A stretch of DNA of 64,000 bases from Phyllobates terribilis (taxonomy: Eukaryota): positions 776,116,001-776,180,000 of the forward strand of contig NW_027362762.1 of assembly GCF_046119375.1 (NCBI RefSeq). Reading direction: 5' to 3'. The position numbers were made by a program, and so were the translations under genes. Below are positions 51,525-62,384 of the stretch, in pieces. The notes beneath the pieces were generated by a model. It was not told where the DNA came from. It worked only from the letters and a program-made list of their open reading frames with translations, and did not search any database. How positions within the stretch are numbered: the first letter of the stretch is position 1; each line of letters opens with the position of its first letter.

Positions 51525-51963
51525 CCTATGTTGAGCTATGTGGGATTGACCTCCAGGGAATTTCGGGTCTGGGTTAGGAAACACGTCAGGGATGTCTTGG
51601 CAGCTAGGGACGTCGCGGATATTACTGCACTCAAGACGGTCTCGCGACACTTCAGGCTGCGCCATGGTTGTGACCCCTCTTCTCTTAAGTTTCGTGGCAT
51701 TGACCGGGTACACTTGGGAAGTAGGGGGGGCAATTATAAACACATTTTGGCGCAACGGAGACCCGATGACCCCTGGGGGCCTCAATGAACATAATAGCTT
51801 TGCCTCATTTTTGTAGATCTCTCTTTTTCCCTTGTCTTTTTAATGTGGATTTTAATTTATTATTTTTTGTCACATTTTGTTCTAGTATTTTTATGTTGGT
51901 GCCATCATTACTACACTCTACTGGATTATATTCAGGATCTTTGAACGCATTGGAGACGAGCAC
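51525..51963 (+). mobile_element. Second Penelope-like fragment: GIY-YIG domain and 3' UTR
   Basis: YVGLTSR...KHVRD...RHF...H.CDPSSLKFRGID...RGG, ending GLNEHNSFASFL*. Confidence 0.75.
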
Positions 51964-52468
51964 TAGTGTTGAGCCACCCCCGTAGTGTTCGAGTTCGGTT
52001 CGGTTCGTCGAACACCCGTGTGTTCGCCGAACTGTTCGTCGAACTGTTCGTCGAACACCTTCGAACACCGTTAAAACCAATGGCAGGCAAACAAAAACAC
52101 ATAGAAACACATAGAAAACACCTTCAAAGGTGTCCAAAAGCTGACAAACTGCTCAGAAGACATAACTAACACATGGAAAAGTGACAAGTACATATAGTCA
52201 TGCGAAAATAAAAGAGGTGGAGGAGTAAAAGGAGGGGGAGACACAGATATAGGCATGTCATGCCCTTCTAAAATCCAAAAAGTGAGAAGCCGACACGGCC
52301 AGTCCGCTCCTGCCCGTGCCACCTCCGTGTCGCCGGGTTTGTGCCAGAGCCGCGGTGAACCCTGATGGCCAGCCCCCCTCTCCCAATACTGGTGCCTGTC
52401 CGCTGGTGGGTCGAGCGAGCCCCCCTGTGGTGGAGGCAGCTCTAAGCTTTTTAATTTAAATTGTCTCT

Positions 52469-52733
52469 CTAATTTGAATGAATACACTTAAAATCCATTT
52501 ACAAGGATCTATTGGAGGGCAAGTCTCATGCCAGCAGCCGCGTAATTCCAGCTCCAGTAGCGTCCACTAAAGCTGCTGCAGTTAAAAAGCTTTTATAAGG
52601 ATCGAGCTCGGCTGTCCACCGCAAGGCATCCTACTGCCAGTCCCAGCCTCTATGCCTTGGGGTGCCTCCTGATGCTCTTCACTGAGTATCCCGTGGTCCC
52701 GAAGCATTTCCTTTGAAAAAATGAAGTGTCCAA
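52469..52733 (+). rRNA. 18S rRNA-derived fragment, copy 3
   Basis: ggatctattggagggcaagtctcatgccagcagccgcgtaattccagctcc... Confidence 0.88.
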
Positions 52734-52846
52734 ACTACAGGTGGTGTAGCTTGCTTAACAGCCGGGATAATCCGCTGACTAGCAGACACTGCTACTAGGC
52801 ACAAAGTATTTCCTGGGCTAGATGCAGTTAAAAATTTGTAATTAGA

Positions 52847-54667
52847 TACTCTCGTTGGATGCTGAGAAAGCATTCCATAGAGTCTCCTGGCACGCCATAT
52901 ATGATTCTCTTAAAAAGCTTGGGGTAGGGGTCTAGGGGACCCTTTTATAGCCAAAATCACGGCCCTGTATCGCAATACGTCACCTAGGCTGAAGATAAAT
53001 GGAACTGTAGCACCCTGAGGGCTCGGTTGCTACAGAGGTATTGCACCTCACCCAGAGGTGTGATATCTCACTCTCAGGTAAGGATGTAGTGTGGATCAGG
53101 ACCCGACACCTGCATGCATTACACCACATTTGCCGTGGGGCAGGGCGACCAATATGCCCCTGAGATGGGCACGACAGTCCCTGTCCCTGGCTGGAGTGGG
53201 GGGAGGGAACACTGAGGAAGGGGAACCCTGTAGTGCAGGAGCAGGGAGGAAGCAGTTCCTGGGTGCATTGAGAAGGGAGTATAAAAGGTGGGCACCATCT
53301 TAGTTCAGTGCAGAGAAGTCTGAGCAGAAGTGGCAGGGAGCAGGGGCTCTGCATGAGCTCTGCTCCGGAGGCGGGCCTAGTAACAGAGGCCCAGGCCTGG
53401 AAGAGGGAGAAGGAAGGAAGAGGAGCGGAGAAGGCTCCAGGAACGAGGAACGAAGGGATCTCAGGGGTGCGGACGGGCGAGTCGCCACCGCACGCCAGAA
53501 TCCACCTGCGTGGAGGGGTCAGGCCAAAGGGGGAGACCGGTCCCCGAAACTAGTGGAGGCAGGAAACGACCCTCAGCTAGAAACAGGAGGCTGTGACATT
53601 TTATGTGGCGCAGCCCCTCGCTACACCCGCTAGGAAGGCACCACATAGGGTCAGGGAAACTGGTGCCAAGTTTACCAAGAGGAGGCCCGAGGCAGCCGGA
53701 CAGAAGGGTTGGTAAGAAAGGCCAGACAAAGGACACACAAAGGGGGTCCTGTGAAGCACTCCAAAGTTATCTGGGAGTTGTCTGAGCCCCTCACCTGGTG
53801 AGCACAGTATGACGTGGGCAGCCGTTACTTGCAGACGTGGTCTGGATAATAAGAACTGTGAGTAAAGGCCCTGGACTGCATCACTGACTCCGTGTCATTA
53901 CTGCTGCTGCCCTGCACCATCACGCCCATCCTCCGCATACACTGCCCTGAGGCTATACTCCTCCCGTGGGGAGTTATGCTACGCTCTGCTGCACCCACAA
54001 CACCAGCCTCAGCGGTCTGCCCTGGAGCGGCGGTTCACTCTGACCGCAATCCACGGGTGGCGTAGTCGGACATTTAAACATCAAAACCACATAAATAGTT
54101 CCGCCACTGGTTTGACCGCCCTGAGCCACGGAACCGGGTTGCCGCCACGGAGACTACAACCACCAGCATCCACCAAAAAGGGTCCGGCTCCGGGTGTCCC
54201 AAGGCCCAGGGGGCGCATCAGAACATTTTCATCACCTTTCACAATCACCAATGGGACAAGGCAGGGATGTTCTCTGTCCCCTCTCTTATACATCCTAGTC
54301 ACGGAGCACCTGCTCTCATCAATTCGCCATAACCCCAATATTAGGTGGATTGAGGTGGGAGGCACCGAGTACAAGTGCTCTCTATTTGCTGATGATGTCC
54401 TAGTATATATCACTCAATCACATATATCCATCCATGCTGTTATGGCTGAAATAGATCACTTTGTTACATGGTCAAATTTTAAAATCAATGCAGCGAAGTC
54501 TGAGGCCCTCGATTTCTCCCTCCCCAAATCCATATAGGATTCCATCCAGTCCAACTTTCCCTTTGCCTGGCCTTCACAGGGTATCAAATACTTAGGAATT
54601 CCTATTCATAGAGACCTCTCCTATCTATGTTATCTTAATTTTGGGCCCTTTATTGAACAACTCCATA
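52847..54667 (+). mobile_element. L1 RT fragment (cargo) split by a solo LTR
   Basis: Mirror of 44387-46206. Confidence 0.88.
53006..54220 (+). repeat. Solo LTR (~1.21 kb)
   Basis: TGTAGCACCC...GCGCATCA, TSD GAAC (53002-53005 and 54221-54224), TATAAAA at ~53280. Confidence 0.85.
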
Positions 54668-54742
54668 CAGACCACGGTTGGCAAGTTAGAACTGTAAGAT
54701 TCACTACGTGAACCACTGGTGTTTTGTGGAAAAGCACATGTA

Positions 54743-56108
54743 CACTGTGTTCCAAATTATTATGCAAAAAGTGTTTAGGAGTGATAAGGGAAGAATTTGT
54801 TTGTTTGTCAGTTAAACTCATTGATGGTGATGTGTGTCAGGGCTCTTTATATCACTGTAAGCAATTGCAGACACCAGTGCTAATTAGTTTGGCAGGTGTG
54901 TCCAATGAAAGGCAAGACTACTTAAGAAGGCTCTCTCACATTATTCAGCAGCCTACATTTTCTGCCAAAATGGGAAAGAAAAAGGATGTGTCGGCTGCTG
55001 AGAAGCAACAAATTGTGGAGTGTTTAGGTCAAGGCATGACTACAATCAACATTGTGCGATGATCAGGATGAAGTGTCTTGGCAATCAAGAAGTATGTAGC
55101 TGATTCACAGTACACACGTGTGCGTGCTGATAAGGGCAAATTGAGGACTCTTTCCTACAGGCAATTACGTCAGGTTGAAAGAGCAGCGGCAAAAAAGCCT
55201 TGTCATAGCAGCAGACAAGTTTTTGAAGCTGCTTGTGCCTCCAACGTCCCCCGAACAACAAGATGCAGGGTCGTTCAGAGATTTGCAGCTGTGCATACGC
55301 CATCCTGTCGACCTCCTCTATCCACTTCACACAAGCAGAAACGGCTCCAGTGGGCCAAACATTACATGAAGACTGATTTCAAAGCTGTTTTGTTCACGGA
55401 TGAGTGCCGTGCAGCGCTCGATGGTCCAGATGGATGGAGTGGAGGATGGCTGGTTGATGGACACCCCACGCAAACACGGCTACAGCGCCAACAAGGAGGA
55501 GGTGGAGTAATGTTTTGGGCTGGAATCATGGGGAGAGAGATTGTCGGCCCCTTTAGGATCCCTGAAGGCGCTAAAGATGAACTCCATAATGTATGTGGAT
55601 TTTCTCAAACAGCACTTCCTGCCATGGTTCAAGAAGAAGAACCGTGTATTTCACAGCAAGATCATTTTTCTGCATGATAATGCACCATCTCATGCTGCAC
55701 ATAAAACATCTGCATCTCTGGCTGATATGGGCATAAAAGGGGACAAACTTATGGTGTGACCCCCATGCTCCCCTGACCTCTACCCCATTCAGAACCTTTG
55801 GAGCATCATTAAAAGGAGTGTCTATGATGGCGGGAGGCAGATCACATCTAAGCAACAGCTCTGGGAGGGTATTCTGTCCTCATGCAAAACAATTGAAGCA
55901 GAAACCATCCAAAACCTGACAAATTCAATGGACGAGAGAGTTCAGAAGCTCCTTTCGAACAAGGGGTCCTATGTGAAAATGTAACATCACCTAGAATAAA
56001 GTTTTGAGTTGAAAACTGTTTGATTTCAGTTTCTAACAACCTGCTAATGCTTATAATTTCAAAAATGACCATTTTTTTGGTCTTTATTAAAATGAAAAGG
56101 TTGATCGA
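54743..56108 (+). mobile_element. Dead Tc1 fragment (cargo), transposase remnant 54970-55984
   Basis: Mirror of 42945-44311, with the same stop after INIVR and the same frameshift after PEGAK. Confidence 0.88.
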
Positions 56109-56507
56109 AAAGTTTGGGGGATCTAAGAGTGTGGCAACCCAGTAGTCATGATTACTTCGAATTCTGACAATATGAGGGTCATGCTGCAGGTAGTGCAGCA
56201 AGAAGGCACTTATGTGTCTTGCGCATCTCGGAGCCCCAAAATTATTTTCCGGGCTAGATGCAGCTAAAAATTATTTTTAATTTTAAATCTGGTGGAGCTT
56301 ATTATAGATGGCCTAATAGGATCAGTGCTGCACGCTGCTACAAAGCCCAAATTATTTTCCAGTCAAGATACAGATAAACATGATTAGTAATTTGAAAGCT
56401 TAAAACGGTTGGTAGGGTGATTTTAAACAATCATCAAGCTTTTACTCTCCCCAGGATGACACAGGGGTAGAAAAGTCGTTTCGGATCCATGATTTGTTCA
56501 TCTTTAT

Positions 56508-59500
56508 TAGTGTTGAGCCACCCCCGTAGTGTTCGGGTTCGGTTCGGTTCGTCGAACATCGGGATGTTCGATGAACTGTTCGTCGAACTGTTCGTCGAAC
56601 ACCTTAGAACACCGTCGAACACCGTTAAAACCAATGGCAGGCAAACAAAAACACATAGAAACACATAGAAAACACCTTCAAAGGTGTCCAAAAGCTGACA
56701 AACTGCTCAGAAGACGCTTTCTTTAAAAAAGCCGGCCGGCAATTCAGCAGCGGCATACACCGGTACCCGACAATTTAGACAAGAAGGAATAGAGCCTCAC
56801 ACATAGATTAGATAGATAGAAACATGTCAGTCACATATATATGAAGTACAGTGACAGTGTTGCTTACTGTACTTGTCATTTAGTGTAAAGGATTTATTAA
56901 AAAATATAATAGTGTTTTCATGCACTGTCTCTTTAAAAAAGCCGGCCGGCAATTCAGCATCTGTACCCGACAATTTATAACAGACAGAATAGAGCTTCAC
57001 ACATAGATTAGATAGATAGAAACATGTCAGTCACATATATATGAAGTACAGTGACAATATTGCTTACTGTACTTGTCATTTAGTGTAAAGGATTTATTAA
57101 AAAAAATAATAGTGTTTTCATGCACCGTCTCTTTAAAAAAGCCGGCCGGCAATTCAGCATCTGTACCCGACAATTTATAACAGACAGAATAGAGCTTCAC
57201 ACATAGATTAGATAGATAGAAACATGTCAGTCACATATATATGAAGTACAGTGATAGTGTTGGTTACTGTACTTGTCATTTAGTATTAAAATAAAGGATT
57301 TATTATTAAAAAAAATTGGCGTGGGGTTCCCCTTAATTTTAGTCTCTAGCGGAGGTTAAGCAGACAGCTGGGGCAGATGTTTGAAGCCTGGGAAGGGGGT
57401 AATACCCACGGAGCTTCCCAGGCTACTAATATGAGCCCCCAGCTGAATACATAGCCTTTACTAGCTATTAAAATGGGGGACCCCCCCAAAAAAATGACGT
57501 GGGGTCCCCCCTAATTTAATAGCTAGCAAAGGCTAGGCAGACAGCTGGGGGCTGATATTAATAGCCCAGGAAGGGAGCCATGAATATTGGCCCCCTCCCA
57601 GGCTAGAAACACCAGCCGTCAGCCGCCCCAGAAATGGCGCATTCATAGGATGCGCCAATTCTGGCACTTAGCCTCGCTCTTCCACGCTGCCCTGTAGCGG
57701 TGGCAGGGGGTAATAGGGCTGGGGTTGATGTCAGCTTATAATGCCAGCTGACATCAAGCCCAGGTTAGTAATGGAGAGGCGTCTATAAGACACCCCCATT
57801 ACTAACCCCATAGTCAAAGTTAAAAGAAAACACAAACACCCAGAATAAAGTCCTTTAATTGAAATAAAGACACAATCCTTTATTGTTCTAAATTAAACCA
57901 TACTTACCATCACGCCCATTCCAGCTGAAGCCAACGATCTCCTGCAATAAAAGAAAAATAATAAAGCAACATCATCCTTACCTTTCCATGGTTCCCACGA
58001 CAGCTTCAACTCTGCTACATCGAGATGACAGGCTGGACCGCAGCAGAACGCTGCCATCCAGCCTGTCATCCCGCAGACACTGAGAAGCGCAGGCATGCTT
58101 GCGCTCTGCAGTGTCTGGCTGTGACGGCATAAAGATGAGACGAGTTCATGTCCAATGAACTCGGCGCACCTCATGCACGTCACTGACAGCGTGGGAAAAT
58201 TCTCACGCTGAAGCGCTGAGTGCAGGAGAATTCTCCCACGCTGTCAATGACGTGCATAAGGTGAGCTCATGTCGAATGAACTCAGCTCACCTCCTGCACA
58301 TCACTGACAGCGTGGGAGAATTCTCCTGCACTCAGCGCTTCAGCGTGAGAATTCTCCCACGCTGAAGCGCTGAGTGCAGGAGAATTTTCCCACGCTGTCA
58401 GTGACGTGCATAAGGTGAGCTCATGTCCAATGAACTCAGCTCACCTCCTGCACGTCACTGACAGCGTGGGAGAATTCTCCTGCACTCAGCGCTTCAGTGT
58501 GAGAATTCTCCCACGCTGAAGCTCTGAGTGCAGGAGAATTTTCCCACGCTGTCAGTGACGTGCATGAGGTGAGCCGAGTTCATTGGACATTAACTCGGCT
58601 CATCTGGATGCCCTCACAGAGAGACACTGTGGAGCGCAAGCAAGCCTGCGCTTCTCAGTGTCTGCGGGATGACAGGCTGGATGGCAGCGTTCTGCTGCGG
58701 TCCAGCCTGTCATCTCGATGTAGCAGAGCTGAAGCTGTCATGGGAACCATGGAAAGGTAAGGATGATGTTGCTTTATTATTTTTCTTTTATTTCAGGAGA
58801 TCGTTGGCTTCAGCTGGAATGGGCGTGACGGTAAGTATGGTTTAATTTAGAACAATAAAGAATTGTGTGTTTATTTCAATTAAAGGACTTTTTTCTGGGT
58901 GTTGTGTTTTTTTTAAATACTTTACTAGAAATTCATGGTGGTCATGTCTAATATTGGCGTGACCCCATGAATTTTGGGCTTAGGGCCAGCTGATAATGCC
59001 ATGCTGGCCCTAACCCCTTTATTACCCAGTGAGCCACCGCATCAGGGCCCTGGATGAGTTGGGTACAGCGCCAGAAGATGGCGCTTCTATGAACGCGCCA
59101 TTTTCCGGGGTGGCTGCGGACTGCAATTTGCAGCGGGGGTGGCCCAGAAAGCTTGGGCCTCCCTGCGCTGCGGATTCCAGCCCCCAGCTGCCTAGTTGTA
59201 CCTGGCTGGACACAAAAACAGGGCGAAGCCCCACGTCAATTTTCTTTAAATTATTTCATGAAATAATTAAGAAAAAAAGGGCTTCCCTATATTGTTGTGT
59301 CCGGCCAGGTACAAATAGTTAGCTGGTGGTTGGGGGCAGCCCGTTCCTGCCTGCTGCACCTGACTGGACACAAATATAGTGCGAAGCCCCACGTCAATTT
59401 TTTTTAAATTATTTCATGAATTTCCTGAAATAATTTAAAAAAATTGAAGTGGGGCTTCGCACTATATTTGTGTCCAGCCAGGTACAGCAGGCAGGAATGG

Positions 59501-62376
59501 GCTGCCCCCAACCACCAGCTGCCTATTTGTACCTGGCCGGACACAACAATATAGGGAAGGCCTTTTTTTCTTAATTATTTCATGAATTTCATGAAATAAT
59601 TAAAAAAAATTGAAGTGGGGCTTCGCACTATATTTGTGTCCAGCCAGGTACAGCAGGCAGGAACGGGCTGCCCCCAACCACCAGCTGCCTATTTGTACCT
59701 GGCCGGACACAACAATATAGGGAAGGCCTTTTTTTCTTAATTATTTCATGAAATAATTTAAAGAAAATTGACGTGGGGCTTCGCCCTGTTTTTGTGTCCA
59801 GCCAGGTACAACTAGGCAGCTGGTGGCTGGAATCTGCAGCGCAGGGAGGCCCAAGCTTTCTGGGCCCCCCCCGCTGCAAATTGCAGTCCGCAGCCACCCC
59901 GGAAAATGGCGCGTTCATAGAAGCGCCATCTTCTGGCGCTGTACCCAACTCATCCAGGGCCCTGGTGCGGTGGCTCACTGGGTAATAAAGGGGTTAGGGC
60001 CAGCTTGGTATTATCAGCTGGCCCCAAGCCCAAAATTCATGGGGTCACGCCAGTATTAGACATGACCGCCATGAATTTCTAGTAAAGTATTTAAAAAAAA
60101 CACAACACCCAGGAAAAAGTCCTTTAATTGAAATAAACACACAATTCTTTATTGTTCTAAATTAAACCATACTTACCATCACGCCCATTCCAGCTGAAGC
60201 CAACGATCTCCTGCAATAAAAGAAAAATAATAAAGCAACCTCATCCTTACCTTTCCATGGTTCCCACGACAGCTTCAGCTCTGCTACATCGAGATGACAG
60301 GCTGGACCGCAGCAGAACGCTGCCATCCAGCCTGTCATCCCGCAGACACTGAGAAGCGCAGGCATGCTTGCGCTCCTCAGTGTCTCTCTGTGACGGCATC
60401 CAGATGAGCCGAGTTCATGTCCAATGAACTCAGCTCACCTCATGCACGTCACTGACAGCGTGGGAAAATTCTCACGCTGAAGTGCTGAGTGCAGGAGAAT
60501 TCTCCCACGCTGTCAGTGACGTGCATGAGGTGAGCTCATGTCCAATGAACTCAGCTCACCTCATGCACCTCACTGACAGCGTGGGAAAATTCTCCTGCAC
60601 TCAGCGCTTCAGCGTGAGAATTCTCCCACGCTGTAAGTGACGTGCATGAGGTGAGCCGAGTTCATTGGACATGACCTCGGCTCATCTTTATGCCATCACA
60701 GAGAGACAATGTGGAGCGCAAGCATGCCTGCGCTTCTCAGTGTCTGCGGGATGACAGGCTGGATGGCGGCGTTCTGCTGCGGTCCAGCCTGTCATCTCGA
60801 TGTAGCAGAGCTGAAGCTGTCGTGGGAACCATGGAAAGGTAAGGATGAGGTTGCTTTATTATTTTATTTTTATTACAGGAGATCGTTGGCTTCAGCTGGA
60901 ATGGGCGTGATGGTAAGTATAGTTTAATTTAGAACAATAAAGAATTGTGTCTTTATTTCAATTAAAGGACTTTATTCTGGGTGTTTGTGTTTTTTTTAAC
61001 TTTGACTATGGGGTTAGTAATGGGGGTGTCTTATAGACGCCTCTCCATTACTAACCTGGGCTTGATGTCAGCTGGCATTATAAGCTGACATCAACCCCAG
61101 CCCTATTACCCCCTGCCACCGCACCAGGGCAGCGTGGAAGAGCGAGGCTAAGTGCCAGAATTGGCGCATCCTATGAATGCGCCATTTCTGGGGCGGCTGA
61201 CGGCTGGTGTTTCTAGCCTGGGAGGGAGCCAATATTCATGGCTCCCTTCCTGGGCTATTAATATCAGCCCCCAGCTGTCTGCCTAGCCTTTGCTAGCTAT
61301 TAAATTAGGGGGGACCCCACGTCATTTTTTTGGGGGGTCCCCCATTTTAATAGCTAGTAAAGGCTATGTATTCAGCTGGGGGCTGATATTAGTAGCCTGG
61401 GAAGCTCCGTGGGTATTACCCCCTTCCCAGGCTTCAAACATCTGCCCCAGCTGTCTGCTTAACCTCCGCTAGAGCCTAAAATTAAGGGGAACCCCACGCC
61501 AATTTTTTTAATAATAAATCCTTTATTTTAATACTAAATGACAAGTACAGTAACCAACACTATCACTGTACTTCATATATATGTGACTGACATGTTTCTA
61601 TCTATCTAATCTATGTGTGAAGCTCTATTCTTTCTGTTATAAATTGTCGGGTACAGATGCTGAATTGCCGGCCGGCTTTCTTAAAGAGACGGTGCATGAA
61701 AACACTATTATTTTTTTTGATAAATCCTTTACACTAAATGACAAGTACAGTAATCAACACTGTCACTGTACTTCATATATATGTGACTGACATGTTTCTA
61801 TCTATCTAATCTATGTGTGATGCTCTATTCTTTCTATTATAAATTGTCGGGTACAGATGCTGAATTGCCGGCCGGCTTTTTTAAAGAGACGGTGCATGAA
61901 AACACTATTATTTTTTTTGATAAATCCTTTACGCTAAATGACAAGTACAGTAAGCAGCACTTTCACTGTACTTCGTATATATGTGGCTGACATGTTTATA
62001 TCTATCTAATCTATGTGTGAAGCTCTATTCTTTCGGTTCTAAATTGTCGGGTACCGGTGTATGCCGCTGCTGAATTGCCGGCTTTTCATGTTTATCTGTG
62101 AGCACTGTTCCCATCGATTTGGGCAATCACTGTAATGCCACAACCACCATGGCTGTGGCATTACAGTGAGTGGCAGACAATCCCTGCATGATTGGTGCTC
62201 TAAATAGCGCCAGACATGCAGGACACGCTTTTGGTGCACGAACAGTTATCGAACATAACCTCGAACAGCCGAATTTTTTGCAAATCGTTCGGGTTCGTCG
62301 AACAACTCGAACACCGCCCAAAACAGATCGAATTTGAGATTGGCGAACAGTTCTAGTCGAACACCGCTCATCTCTA
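56508..62376 (-). mobile_element. Non-autonomous hAT (5869 bp) inserted into the transposase 3' end
   Basis: TAGTGTTGAGCC at 56508 and CGCTCATCTCTA ending at 62376. Perfect TSD ATCTTTAT at 56500-56507 and 62377-62384. Confidence 0.95.
56731..62082. repeat. ~5.4-kb near-perfect palindrome centred at ~59421, with nested inverted and tandem repeats
   Basis: Arm ends gccggcaattcagcagcggcatacaccggtaccc and gggtaccggtgtatgccgctgctgaattgccggc. Apex tttttaaattatttca / tgaaataatttaaaaa. ~200-210-bp tandem units x3 at each outer end. Confidence 0.93.
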
Positions 62377-62384
62377 ATCTTTAT

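Noticed and set aside
42490-56507. Inverted duplication as an assembly artefact
   Set aside because: The arms differ by scattered substitutions (e.g. VANSQ/VADSQ, RQVKR/RQVER) and have different flanks. Read validation is still advisable.
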